Shown: positions 37,530 through 48,410, counted from the stretch's first letter. The stretch: DNA of 64,000 nucleotides from Alphaproteobacteria bacterium (GCA_017470585.1 JAFUYI010000009.1:954-64953), one strand, 5' to 3'. Translations and numbers: made by a program. Notes: generated by a model not told the origin, from the sequence alone.

Positions 37530-39223
37530 TTGCCTCCCGCAGTTTCATCCTTCGCACTTTCCAAAACATCGCTCGGAGCAGCACATATTTGCTGAACGCT
37601 GTCCCAGATAATCTGCGATGATATAAGAGTTGACATACGGTTCAAGAGAATCTGGGTTTGTTCATTGCTCATCGCTAAAACCGCAGTATCATCACGGGTA
37701 TCGGTGGAACCGGCACTTGATTCTTCCTGTTCATCCAAGGTTTCATCATAATTGGAAGCCTCGTGCTTACTCCCCGTTGCCTCGGTAAGAAGTGCCAGCA
37801 TGGTGGTATAAATCATTCTTTCGCACTCTTTGCGGCTGTTTAAAGCATCAAACTGATTTTTGGCATTGTTTTCAGCCACAATTTTGTTGATGCAGGCTTT
37901 AATTTTATCAATGTCTTTCAAATCGGCAACACTTATGCCGCAACGTTCCGGAAGCGGAGAAATAAAGGTTCCCTTGGAGTTGTAATTTACCCCTTTGGTA
38001 TCATCATCCGACTGGCTGGCAAATCCCAAATGTTTGGAAAAATAAACCGTATTGCTTGAAAGCCTGTCTTTGAGAACTTTAGCGGGAGAAACTCGAAATC
38101 CTTTTCCTTCAACCGCGGGAGCTAAAGCCCCATCTTCAAGAGATTTAACTTTATTTTGAAGTGCATTTGCTTTTAAATCACCGGCTTTTAAGGCACTTGC
38201 CTTATTAACCTGCTGCGGCTCGGCAGTCAAGCTTACAGCCGCGCCCGCCTTGTTATCAAGAGTTTTCAAGGCCTTATCATTAAAGGCTTTAGGAGCCGCG
38301 GCAACCTCGGCTTTAATATCTGCAGCAGGTGCAACACCGAAAGCTTTTCTCCCTGTGCTTTCTGCCGGAGAGAGAGCCTTACTGTCAACCACATCAAATT
38401 TCTTTAATGTTGTCTTATCGAGAGCTTTTAACATCTCCGGTTTGGCGGAAGCTGTACCAGCCGCGGCAACCGGCACGGCTCCGGCTTGGCTGACAAGTGC
38501 CGAGTTATTCACAGCCCTTCTTCCGTCAACGGCAACCGCTTTATCAAGAGATGAGGCATCAAAACGTGTTGCGGCAACACTCGGAGCGGGCATATTGGCA
38601 AAAGCCGCGACTTCCGTGTCAACTTCCGATTCATCATACATATATCCGGACGAATCGCCCATCTCGGCAATATCGTGCGGCAAAGCCTGTGCGGCTTGCG
38701 CGGCAGCGGCGGCATTCACGCTTCCGAGGGTGGAAACACTATGAGCATTATAATCGGAATCCGATTGTGCGGTATATTCTTCGCCGTAATCGCCTTCCTC
38801 ATAGTCACCGTCTTCATAGTCTTCTTCTTCGCCGCCGGAGGAGCCTTGGTATTTATCCATCAATTCCTGATATTTTGCTTGAGCTTCGGCTTTTTTAGCC
38901 TGCGCCTTATTATAAAGTTCGGTTCCCTCTGCCAAACGTTTTTTTCCGTCAGCAAGAGCTTTTTTAGCATCTTCAAGATTTTTGCCGTATTTCTTTTTAA
39001 ATTTAGCAAAAGTGCCTGCATGATCGCCGACAATCGCATTAAGATTAGTGCCGTTCGTAATGGTTTGTTTAGCCTGTTCAATCTCGGTTGCTCCGTCCGA
39101 AACAATGCTTACGGTGCCGGCAATATTTCCGGGATCCATTGTCACCAAAGCACTTGCCGGAGTAACAATCCCCAGCATAGCGGCGCAAGCCAAAACCATT
39201 TTTGCAAACCTGAAATTCATCAT
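37526..39223 (-). CDS. Secreted low-complexity acidic/Ala-rich protein (565 aa), T4SS-operon-encoded
   Basis: ORF 37526-39253. The likely start is MMNFRFAKMVLACAAMLGIVTPASA at 39223, which has RBS ggaggg. Contains a DYEDGDYEEGDYGEEY acidic repeat and A/V/K-rich tracts. Confidence 0.5.
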   Translation of the reverse strand: MMNFRFAKMVLACAAMLGIVTPASALVTMDPGNIAGTVSIVSDGATEIEQAKQTITNGTNLNAIVGDHAGTFAKFKKKYGKNLEDAKKALADGKKRLAEGTELYNKAQAKKAEAQAKYQELMDKYQGSSGGEEEDYEDGDYEEGDYGEEYTAQSDSDYNAHSVSTLGSVNAAAAAQAAQALPHDIAEMGDSSGYMYDESEVDTEVAAFANMPAPSVAATRFDASSLDKAVAVDGRRAVNNSALVSQAGAVPVAAAGTASAKPEMLKALDKTTLKKFDVVDSKALSPAESTGRKAFGVAPAADIKAEVAAAPKAFNDKALKTLDNKAGAAVSLTAEPQQVNKASALKAGDLKANALQNKVKSLEDGALAPAVEGKGFRVSPAKVLKDRLSSNTVYFSKHLGFASQSDDDTKGVNYNSKGTFISPLPERCGISVADLKDIDKIKACINKIVAENNAKNQFDALNSRKECERMIYTTMLALLTEATGSKHEASNYDETLDEQEESSAGSTDTRDDTAVLAMSNEQTQILLNRMSTLISSQIIWDSVQQICAAPSDVLESAKDETAGGK

Positions 39224-39302
39224 ACCACCCTCCGTTATGAGATTCGTCCTCATAAGCTATGATAACAGAAAAATTTTATTTTATAAACCAATTTTATGCA
39301 AA

Positions 39303-41735
39303 TCAGGCAAGATTTAAATATTTTGTAACAAAGTTTTCTTCACCATACTGCTTAATGAGGTCTTCAACCAATAAAACATTCTTACGGCTTGAGTTATAAA
39401 GCTTCAAATACGGTCCCAATCCGCCTAAATTTACATCCAAAATAACCGATTCGCCGGTTGCCGGACGGGAAAGCAGAATAGCGTACGGAAAATCACGATA
39501 CGATTTACCGAACACGAAGTCAATTTCACGCTGATTCAAGTTCCAGTTGGCATAATCTTCCGGTCTTGCTTGCGGGTTACGGAAGAAGATTACGGTTTGG
39601 CATTGACCGCGGATCACCTCTCCCACACCGAGCGAATCGATAATATTCGGTTGTTGGAAAGCACAAAGATATGCCTGTCTTTTTTTACGTCCTTCTTGTA
39701 AACCGATCATAAAGTAATCCCTGAACATCGGGTGTTTAAGCATCGGTGCGGTTTCATCAATCATAATCAAAGACGGCACACCGGTTTCTCCGGTTTCGGA
39801 TTGAATACGGTGCATAATATAGCTGATAACCGCCGGAGCCAAAGTATCATCTTCAAAAATATGCGTAAAGTCAAACGCCATAAACCGTTTGGTATGCAAA
39901 TCAAGGCTATCGCTGGCGGCGTTAAAAATTTTACCGTACTGATCGGGGTTAACCCAGCGATATAGCTCACGGCGCATATTTCCGGTCGGCGAGAAACAGC
40001 TCTTATAAAGGTTGGACATAACGCGTTCTTCAGGGCGCAGATAATCAAACGCCGTCGTAATAGCGCGGGCAATCTCACGTTCGGAAAGCGCATCATCAAC
40101 CATGGTGATTGATTTCATCCACCGCCGCAGGAAAGCCCTGTTATTCGGTGTCGGAGCGGCATCAAACGGATTTAAGGAAACATTTTTCTCATCACCGTCA
40201 AAACCGATATAGGCACCTCCGACTGCACGAGTAAAAATCTCCGCACCCAAGTGACGGTCAAAGAAAAACACTTTCAAATCTTTGTGGCGCATAGCCTGCC
40301 CTGCCAAGAATGTCAAAAGGGTTGTTTTACCTTGTCCGGTAGGTCCGATAATGCAACAGTGTGCAACGGCAGCATCTTCGGAGGAAACATGGAATTGGAA
40401 ACGATACCCCGAACCGGTGGTTGTGCGGAAAGTCGTAATCGCCCCCGGACCCCAGTCGCATTTATTAAAGCCTTCGGCGGGTTTATCAAACGACACTGCC
40501 GCCGTAACCACACGCGACAAATAGCGATAAGTCCGCGGATAGGTGTCGTATGTCGGAAATTGATTGAAAAACGTTGCTTGTGTAACCCATCCTTCTCTGA
40601 CCGGAGTTACACCGAAAAGGCGGCAAATTCTCTGCACTTCGCTTTCGGCAAATTCGATTTCCGCTTTGCTTTTACCTTTTAAGACCAACGAAAGAGAATA
40701 TTCGGTTAACGCCTGATAGTTGGCATCACTATCCTCAATTGAACTCATCGCATAATTATATTGATCAACAACTTCCTGCGAAAAGCTGGTCATACGCGCC
40801 ATGTTGCGCTGCTGAATTAAAAGCGCGCGCGCCGTGGGGCGGTATATCGGCTTAATATTGTGAAGCATTGTAAGTTCGCAATCAATTGCCAACAACGAAA
40901 CAATCATTGATTCGTCCATATAATCTCCGGGAGAACGAATCCCCATGGTTATGGCAAGAGTTTCCTCATCGCCGGAGAAAAATCTAATCATCCCGTTTTC
41001 ACCGGTAAAATGAATATGATCGGCAGTCAGCATCTCGTTTAATTGCGCCCCCTCGGCATGACCGACTTTAGGATCGGGGGTTGACACCGGCGAACAAATC
41101 CGGCTGAAAATATGAAACGGACTGTCAAGAGGTGAGCTGTCCTCACTTTCAAACATAGCACGCACACCGTATTCGCTTAAAGTAGCCAGCAATGTTTGCG
41201 AGGCGTAATTCAAATCTTTTAATGCCTCGGGACGATCGGGAACCGATATAATTATATAGTGCGAGTTACTGTAAACCCTATCAAGAGTTGACTGCCATGT
41301 ATAAGCAACTTTTTCCAAAATTTTATTATCGAAAGTATTTTCGATAACATCGGCAGGAATCCTCTCGCGCAAAGTTATTACCCGCGCCGTAACCTGCAAA
41401 TCGGACATACTGTCGAGCCAAGATTTCCTTGCCTCGGCCATGGAAACATTCTTTTCCTCCGTGGCAAACGCCAAGTCCAAACCCTCAACCTTAAAAACAC
41501 GAGCAAACGAACCGTTATAGCAACGGATGGTCATGCCGTCGGACATCAGTTTATTAAAAGGGAGAAAATCCGCAACTTTCGACTCGTTTGGCTGCGGCAA
41601 TATCGTTCGCCCGAGTTTGGTAATCCACAACCCGGCAAACGCCGCGGCAGAAATAAAACCCAACAATGTTACGATGACTTCTTTGCTGCTTAAACCCTGC
41701 ACAAAGATGTTAAAAAAATCAAAATCAGGGTGCAA
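39303..41735 (-). CDS. virB4: T4SS ATPase VirB4/TrbE/CagE family
   Basis: 810 aa; Walker A IIGPTGQGKTTLL, Walker B ...LIMIDE; N-terminal membrane-associated region. Confidence 0.9.
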   Translation of the reverse strand: MHPDFDFFNIFVQGLSSKEVIVTLLGFISAAAFAGLWITKLGRTILPQPNESKVADFLPFNKLMSDGMTIRCYNGSFARVFKVEGLDLAFATEEKNVSMAEARKSWLDSMSDLQVTARVITLRERIPADVIENTFDNKILEKVAYTWQSTLDRVYSNSHYIIISVPDRPEALKDLNYASQTLLATLSEYGVRAMFESEDSSPLDSPFHIFSRICSPVSTPDPKVGHAEGAQLNEMLTADHIHFTGENGMIRFFSGDEETLAITMGIRSPGDYMDESMIVSLLAIDCELTMLHNIKPIYRPTARALLIQQRNMARMTSFSQEVVDQYNYAMSSIEDSDANYQALTEYSLSLVLKGKSKAEIEFAESEVQRICRLFGVTPVREGWVTQATFFNQFPTYDTYPRTYRYLSRVVTAAVSFDKPAEGFNKCDWGPGAITTFRTTTGSGYRFQFHVSSEDAAVAHCCIIGPTGQGKTTLLTFLAGQAMRHKDLKVFFFDRHLGAEIFTRAVGGAYIGFDGDEKNVSLNPFDAAPTPNNRAFLRRWMKSITMVDDALSEREIARAITTAFDYLRPEERVMSNLYKSCFSPTGNMRRELYRWVNPDQYGKIFNAASDSLDLHTKRFMAFDFTHIFEDDTLAPAVISYIMHRIQSETGETGVPSLIMIDETAPMLKHPMFRDYFMIGLQEGRKKRQAYLCAFQQPNIIDSLGVGEVIRGQCQTVIFFRNPQARPEDYANWNLNQREIDFVFGKSYRDFPYAILLSRPATGESVILDVNLGGLGPYLKLYNSSRKNVLLVEDLIKQYGEENFVTKYLNLA

Positions 41736-42015
41736 ATTTATTCCCCTTTGTCTTATATAAGTTATTGGTTACCCGGTAGGTTTGTCCGAAAGCCTGAATC
41801 ATATTGGAGATATGCGGTTCTTTGGTACCCCATGCGATAATCACGCAGTGAACGAGAAGAATCGTCATAATAAAGATAAGCGGGTTAACATCAAAAGCAC
41901 CGATTGAGGTAAACATAACCGGAAATTGCATTCCCAAGTTAAGCAACACCGGCAGAAACGGTCCCCACAAAATCTTCGGTGGACTTGCCACTGCTTTTAA
42001 TATCGGTTCTCGCAT
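41725..42015 (-). CDS. virB3: VirB3/TrbD-like small membrane protein
   Basis: ORF 41725-42075. The probable start MREPILKAVASPPKILWGPFLPVLLNLG... is at 42015 with ggagg 5 nt upstream. Two hydrophobic segments; overlaps the virB4 start. Confidence 0.65.
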   Translation of the reverse strand: MREPILKAVASPPKILWGPFLPVLLNLGMQFPVMFTSIGAFDVNPLIFIMTILLVHCVIIAWGTKEPHISNMIQAFGQTYRVTNNLYKTKGNKFAP

Positions 42016-42102
42016 TATTCCTCCATAAAAATTGATTAACTCGATTTTACAATAAAACTTTTTTGATTGCAACAAAAAACCTCTAAAAAATTTATTTTTT
42101 TA

Positions 42103-42368
42103 TTGCCAAGCGAATATTTTTATGTTATTGCTTGTTTGAGGTGAATAATTTTACCTTGAGGTTTCACAGCCTCTTTATATCCGTCAAAGCCGAAACGTAA
42201 TCCGGCTGTTCTGACTTTTATGGTCGGAAGATTGCGAAATAAGGCTTGCCAAATACGCAATACTATTTGATATAAATAGCTGTGAACTTCCGACCACCTC
42301 TAGGAGAACATCTCCCAAAGGTGGTTTCTTTTATTAAAGTTATAAAGAAACTAAAAAAGGAAGTTTTT
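42103..42368 (+). promoter_or_regulatory. Putative promoter plus structured leader of paralog 4 (P1 degenerate)
   Basis: P2 GAGG/CCTC, outer helix ggtcggaag/cttccgacc, P3a ATTGCG/CGCAAT, inner hairpin CTATTT/AAATAG, terminator CCACCT...AGGTGG + tttcttttat, RBS aaggaag. Divergent to virB3. Confidence 0.5.
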
Positions 42369-42854
42369 ATGATGAAAAATTATATTTTAATGCTAGGTAT
42401 TGCCGCGGTGTCCATAGTTTCTTACTGTGCATACGCCAGCAATTCCGCCACAATGACCGTAACCGCAACAATAGCTCATGATGTGAGTTTAACAGTTACA
42501 CGTCAATATAAACTGGGGACAATTACGATTGATCCGAGTCAAACCAGCGGTTCAGGAATAACCACAGGCAACGATGTTAATGGCGGTATAATATCTGTCA
42601 GCGGATATGAAGTTGGTTTATTTACCGCCAATATTCCCAGCGAATATTCTGTTCCCGGACCAGAGCCCGAGGAGGTTTTAAGTATAAGTCCAAGCACCAT
42701 GACAATGGGCGGAATAACATTTAAAGATCCGTTTATTATGTGGTATTCAGGGACAACCTTTGCGGTCGGATATGATAGTATGTCATATACGGGACTTGTA
42801 CCGACTGCGGGAGATTATGAAGACAGCATTAGCATCTCCTATACCGCACCGTAG
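42369..42854 (+). CDS. Secreted beta-rich protein, paralog 4 (no Cys in mature part)
   Basis: 161 aa; MMKNYILMLGIAAVSIVSYCAYASNSATMTVTATIAHDVSL...GLFTANIP...SISISYTAP. Start is ATG at 42369 or 42372. Confidence 0.75.
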   Translation: MMKNYILMLGIAAVSIVSYCAYASNSATMTVTATIAHDVSLTVTRQYKLGTITIDPSQTSGSGITTGNDVNGGIISVSGYEVGLFTANIPSEYSVPGPEPEEVLSISPSTMTMGGITFKDPFIMWYSGTTFAVGYDSMSYTGLVPTAGDYEDSISISYTAP

Positions 42855-42860
42855 ATGTTA

Positions 42861-42890
42861 AAAAGGAGAGGAATTTTCCTCTCCTTTTTT
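42861..42890 (+). terminator. Rho-independent terminator after paralog 4
   Basis: aaaaaggagaggaattttcctctcctttttttt. Confidence 0.65.
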
Positions 42891-42947
42891 TAGATTTTTT
42901 TAACGCTCGATACAATTGCGGCGCGCAATGGAATAAAAAGGCATATT

Positions 42948-43361
42948 TTATTCTGCCTGATTATAGTCAAGCAACATTTCCGCCGCTTTGGATAAAAACG
43001 CCGAACGATTGTTGGTAACCTCATCAATTCGCGACATAAGGTCATCATTCATATAAACCGTATATTTGCTAGGCTTTCCGGTTGGAACATATGAAACAAA
43101 TGCAAAAGCGTATTCTTCGTCGTCCGTCCATTCATTCCAATCCTGCCATTCATCTTTTATTTGCCCGATATTGCGCGGTTTTGGCAAAGGTTTGCCTGCC
43201 CGCCTTATATCATCAAGACGAATATTTAATATCTCTATGGCCATTTTATATGCATGATCAATATTTTCGCCACTGGTATAGCAATCCGGAATATCCGGAA
43301 AAACAACACCGACGGAACTTTTTCCCTCTTTGGGTAAGATAAATAATGCCAAGTATTTCAT
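42948..43361 (-). CDS. hicB: Type II antitoxin HicB family (second copy)
   Basis: 137 aa; MKYLALFILPKEGKSSVGVVFPDIPDCYTSGENIDHAYKMAIEILN... Homologous to the 7413-7820 product, with the same WQDW...EW motif. Confidence 0.7.
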   Translation of the reverse strand: MKYLALFILPKEGKSSVGVVFPDIPDCYTSGENIDHAYKMAIEILNIRLDDIRRAGKPLPKPRNIGQIKDEWQDWNEWTDDEEYAFAFVSYVPTGKPSKYTVYMNDDLMSRIDEVTNNRSAFLSKAAEMLLDYNQAE

Positions 43362-43390
43362 CTCAATTTCCTTTCCTTTTGGGGTAAGGC

Positions 43391-43585
43391 TTATTTCAGC
43401 CCCGCCTTCTTCAAAATATTTGTTGCAACTTTGGGATGAACATCGCCCTTATGATACGGAACGGCAATTTTTCCTTCTTTTGTTTCGTGTTCAAATTGGT
43501 AATGACTCCCCTCTGTATTCACTACATACCAACCATCTTTTTTTAATATCTTCATCAGCTTTTCCGCTGTATATCTCACAGGCAT
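43391..43585 (-). CDS. hicA: Type II toxin HicA (intact second copy)
   Basis: Probable start MPVRYTAEKLMKILKKDGWYVVNTEGSHYQFEHETKEGKIAVPYHKGDVHPKVATNILKKAGLK (64 aa) inside the longer ORF 43391-43627. Confidence 0.75.
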   Translation of the reverse strand: MPVRYTAEKLMKILKKDGWYVVNTEGSHYQFEHETKEGKIAVPYHKGDVHPKVATNILKKAGLK

Positions 43586-43674
43586 TTTGCTTTCCCTTTT
43601 AATGCTTATGTTTGTTTTATACCGCAAATTTGCGGTATTGTCAAGTATTTTTATAAAGGCAAAATTTTTTTTGC

Positions 43675-43927
43675 TTTACATAAAAGATTTTTTGTGCTAG
43701 TTTAGACCTGAAGTGAATGAAAAGTCACTTTGAGGTCTGACAGCCTCTTTGATAGTGTCCGACAAGACAAAAAATTGCTTCTAACCATATTATGGGTTGG
43801 AAGGTGAAGGAATAAGGATTGCCAAATACTTCACACTGTTCTATCAAACAGTTGTCAGCTTCCAACCCCCTCGTTTGTTTGCCGAGGGGGTTTTTAGTGA
43901 TAATATATTAAAAAGGAAGTTTAGATA
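43675..43927 (+). promoter_or_regulatory. Promoter (-35 TTTACA, 17 bp, -10 TAGTTT) plus structured leader of paralog 5
   Basis: P1 AAGTGA/TCACTT, P2 GAGG/CCTC, outer helix gggttggaag/cttccaaccc, P3a GTGAAG/CTTCAC, inner hairpin CTGTTC.../...AACAG, clean terminator CCCCTCG/CGAGGGG + T5. Confidence 0.6.
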
Positions 43928-44461
43928 ATGAAAAATTATATTTTAATGCTCGGTGTAGCGGGATTAGCCTTTGGCTCCTATTGCGCATACGCCGACAATT
44001 CCGCCACAATGACCGTTACTGCGACTATCGCACATGATGTTAGCCTAAAGACTACCGGGGACATAAACCTCGGCACAATTACTGTTAATCCGGCTTATAC
44101 AGGATGGACAGATTGGCAATACAGCGATTCGGGAGTAGTCAGTTATATCAACAAAGGTGCGATTATTTCAGCTCCGGATATTACGGTAGGAACTTTTACT
44201 GCCAATATTTCCAACCCCGAAGCTTGCAGTACCGCAAACGATTATTGCGGAGGATTATATCTTGAATCGGATAACGGCGATGATTTTCTCAGTCTTTTTA
44301 CCGAAAGCGGGAGTGACAGTGCTTGCTTTTTTTATATAAAATACAGCGGTGACGGCAATAACTTTAAGGTTTATCCGCGAAATTGCACTATATATGACAT
44401 ATCAAAAGTCACTCCCGATAGACACACCGGTACATTGATAATCAATTATAATGCTTCATAA
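43928..44461 (+). CDS. Secreted beta-rich protein, paralog 5
   Basis: 177 aa; four conserved Cys (EACS...DYCGGL, SACFFYIKY, NCTIY); C-terminus GTLIINYNAS. Confidence 0.8.
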   Translation: MKNYILMLGVAGLAFGSYCAYADNSATMTVTATIAHDVSLKTTGDINLGTITVNPAYTGWTDWQYSDSGVVSYINKGAIISAPDITVGTFTANISNPEACSTANDYCGGLYLESDNGDDFLSLFTESGSDSACFFYIKYSGDGNNFKVYPRNCTIYDISKVTPDRHTGTLIINYNAS

Positions 44462-44467
44462 GATTAA

Positions 44468-44496
44468 AGGGCGGAGTTAACTCCGCCATTTATCTT

Positions 44497-44498
<2 letters not shown>
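44468..44498. terminator. Bidirectional terminator between paralog 5 and trxB
   Basis: gggcggagttaactccgcc + atttatctttt. Confidence 0.6.
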
Positions 44499-45450
<952 letters not shown>

Positions 45451-45483
45451 CTACACCGTTTCATTATAAAAAAATTCTGTCAC

Positions 45484-45508
45484 AAAACCCCCGTTTCCGG
45501 GGGTTTTT
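45484..45508. terminator. Terminator hairpin between rpsU and trxB
   Basis: aaaacccccgtttccgggggttttt. Confidence 0.6.
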
Positions 45509-45529
45509 CGTTTTACTTGCCGGAAGAGG

Positions 45530-45736
45530 CTAGAATCCTTCCGTATCAAGGCGTTTACGAAGCTGTTTACGCGATCTGCGGATAGCCTCTGCCTGACGGC
45601 GGGCTTTTTTCTCGCAATTTTTTTCGTGACAACGTCTTAATTTCATTTCGCGGAAAATACCTTCACGTTGCATTTTCTTCTTCAAAACTTTCAAAGACTG
45701 TCCCACGTCATTACCGATAACAGTAACTTGAACCAC
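45530..45736 (-). CDS. rpsU: 30S ribosomal protein S21 (alphaproteobacterial type)
   Basis: 68 aa; ...[44 protein letters not shown]... matches the alpha-type S21 consensus. Confidence 0.8.
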   Translation of the reverse strand: MVQVTVIGNDVGQSLKVLKKKMQREGIFREMKLRRCHEKNCEKKARRQAEAIRRSRKQLRKRLDTEGF

Positions 45737-45905
45737 CTAAATCACCTCTTTTCAAACCTTAAAAATGTTAAACTTGGGTTTTTCATACCACATAAAAAAG
45801 CTATTGGCAAGAACTTTTTTAAACATCAGCAAAAAAATTATTTAACTTTCATTTTTTTATTCCCCAACCCATTTAGAGTATTGTGTTTTAAATTAAAATA
45901 ATGTA

Positions 45906-48410
45906 GTGTGGATGGAGATTTTGACTTTTGATATAAAAAGAAAGGCTTTTTTGATGTGTGATACAAATGCTCGCCGCAACGGCAAGACCTTTGAAGAGTG
46001 GCAAAAAGAATGGGCTTTGGAAGACCGATACAATTTCCGCACCATTGAGGAAAAATGGCAAAAAATTTGGGAAGATGAAAAAACTTATCATGTGGATATT
46101 GATAAAACAAAAGAAAAATTTTATGTGTTAGTGGAATTTCCCTACCCATCCGGCGCCGGACTTCATGTCGGACATCCGCGCTCTTATACCGCTCTGGATG
46201 TAGTGGCGCGCAAAAAGAGAATGCAGGGTTATAATGTCTTATATCCGATGGGCTTTGATGCCTTCGGACTGCCGGCGGAAAACTATGCGATTAAAACCGG
46301 TGTTCACCCTGCTATATCCACAAAGGCCAATATTGCCAATTTTACCAAACAGCTTAAATCTTTGGGTTTCAGTTTTGATTGGGACAGATGTGTAACCACC
46401 TGCGACCCCGAATATTATAAGTGGACACAGTGGATGTTCATTAAATTTTTTGAAAAAGGCTTGGCTTATAAAGACAAAATCGCCATTAACTGGTGTCCGA
46501 GCTGCAAAGTCGGTCTTGCCAACGAAGAAGTGGTGAACGGCTGTTGCGAACGTTGCGGCGCGCAGGTCATACGCAAAGACAAAGAGCAATGGATGATTGC
46601 CATCACCAAATATGCCGACAGGTTAATCAATGATTTGGGGGATTTGGATTTTATTGACAGAGTAAAATCCCAGCAGATTAATTGGATAGGCCGTTCCGAA
46701 GGAGCCGAGCTTGACTTTGATTTTGCCGAGGATAAATTAACGGTATTCACCACCCGCCCCGATACGGCTTTCGGTGTAACCTATATGGTATTGGCTCCTG
46801 AACATCCGTTTGTGGCTAAATATATGGAACGCTTTGAAAATCAAGATGAAATCAAAGCGTATGTGGAAGAAACGGCCAAAAAGTCGGAATTACAGCGCAG
46901 TATGAGCGAAGAAAAAACCGGCGTTGAGTTAAAAGGAATCAAAGCAAGAAATCCCTTTAACGGCAAGATGATTCCGGTGTTTATTTCCGATTATGTCTTA
47001 ACCGGATACGGCACCGGCGCAATTATGGCTGTTCCGGCTCACGATCAACGGGACTATGATTTTGCCAAAGTATTTAACCTGCCGATTATCCAAGTTTTGG
47101 AAGGCGGCGACATTTCCGAAAAGGCGTGGGAAGAAGACGGCGCACATATCAACTCACAGTTTTTGGACGGTATGAACAAAGAAGACGGCATGAAAGCAGC
47201 GATTGATTATGCACTTAAAAACGGCTTCGGACATCCGAAAATAAACTTCAAACTGCGTGATTGGGTATTCTCCCGCCAACGCTATTGGGGCGAGCCGATA
47301 CCGATGGTTTATTGCGAGCATTGCGGTTGGCAGCCGGTACCGGAGAACGAACTGCCGTTAACCCTGCCTGAAGTACCGGATTACCATCCCAACGATGAGG
47401 GCGAATCTCCGCTTTCAAAAGCAACTGACTGGTTAAACACGACCTGCCCGAAATGCGGCGGTCACGCCAGACGCGAAACCGATGTTATGCCGAACTGGGC
47501 GGGATCGTCGTGGTATTTTCTGCGTTATTGCGATCCGCATAACGATAAAGAATTTGCCTCAAAAGAAGCTCTCAACTATTGGATGAACGTTGATTGGTAC
47601 AACGGCGGTATGGAGCATACCACTTTGCACTTGTTATATTCCCGTTTTTGGCATAAGTTTTTGTATGACTGCGGATATGTACCGACTAAAGAACCCTACA
47701 ACAAACGCACTTCACACGGTATGATTCTGGCTTCAAACGGCGAGAAAATGTCAAAATCCCGCGGCAACGTGATAAATCCTGACGACATTGTCAACAATTA
47801 CGGCGCGGATACATTCCGTTTATACGAAATGTTTATCGGTCCGTTTGATCAGGTGGCAATGTGGTCGGAAGAAAGCTTAATGGGTGTTTACCGATTTGTC
47901 GGCAAGGTTTACTCTCTGTTCAAGAAAGTAGCAAACATCAAACCGAAAGAAGAGGATTTGCGCGCTATGCACAAGTGCATTTTGGAAGTTACCGAGCGAA
48001 TTGACAATATGAAATTCAATACTGCGGTTTCTTCACTAATGAGCTATGTAAACTATTTAACCGCCTTGGATAAAATCCCGCAGGAACTTTATGAAACACT
48101 GATGAAATTGATGTCCCCGTTTACTCCGCATATAGCAGAAGAAATGTGGGCAAGGATGAAAAAAGAAACTCTTGTGTTAAATGAGCCGTGGCCGCAAGGT
48201 GATGAAAAGTTGGCAGAGGATAACGTTGTTACCTTGGCAGTGCAGATTTGCGGCAAAATGCGCGGCACGATTGAAATGAAAAAGGATGCTCCGCAAGCCG
48301 AAGTAGAGCAAAAAGCTTTGTCTTTGGAAAATGTGGCGCGTCAATTAGAGGGGCGCGAAATCAAGAAAATAATTGTTGTACCGAATAGGATTGTGAACAT
48401 TGTTGCGTAA
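45906..48410 (+). CDS. leuS: Leucine--tRNA ligase
   Basis: HVGH (HIGH) motif, KMSKS, CP1 editing domain and Zn-binding Cys clusters. The true start may be the internal ATG at 45954 (MCDTN...). Confidence 0.93.
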   Translation: MWMEILTFDIKRKAFLMCDTNARRNGKTFEEWQKEWALEDRYNFRTIEEKWQKIWEDEKTYHVDIDKTKEKFYVLVEFPYPSGAGLHVGHPRSYTALDVVARKKRMQGYNVLYPMGFDAFGLPAENYAIKTGVHPAISTKANIANFTKQLKSLGFSFDWDRCVTTCDPEYYKWTQWMFIKFFEKGLAYKDKIAINWCPSCKVGLANEEVVNGCCERCGAQVIRKDKEQWMIAITKYADRLINDLGDLDFIDRVKSQQINWIGRSEGAELDFDFAEDKLTVFTTRPDTAFGVTYMVLAPEHPFVAKYMERFENQDEIKAYVEETAKKSELQRSMSEEKTGVELKGIKARNPFNGKMIPVFISDYVLTGYGTGAIMAVPAHDQRDYDFAKVFNLPIIQVLEGGDISEKAWEEDGAHINSQFLDGMNKEDGMKAAIDYALKNGFGHPKINFKLRDWVFSRQRYWGEPIPMVYCEHCGWQPVPENELPLTLPEVPDYHPNDEGESPLSKATDWLNTTCPKCGGHARRETDVMPNWAGSSWYFLRYCDPHNDKEFASKEALNYWMNVDWYNGGMEHTTLHLLYSRFWHKFLYDCGYVPTKEPYNKRTSHGMILASNGEKMSKSRGNVINPDDIVNNYGADTFRLYEMFIGPFDQVAMWSEESLMGVYRFVGKVYSLFKKVANIKPKEEDLRAMHKCILEVTERIDNMKFNTAVSSLMSYVNYLTALDKIPQELYETLMKLMSPFTPHIAEEMWARMKKETLVLNEPWPQGDEKLAEDNVVTLAVQICGKMRGTIEMKKDAPQAEVEQKALSLENVARQLEGREIKKIIVVPNRIVNIVA

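Noticed and set aside
38250-39262. Plus-strand ORFs 38250-38744, 38497-38898, 38675-39262
   Set aside because: They are antisense to the 565-aa secreted-protein gene, which is coupled into the T4SS operon.
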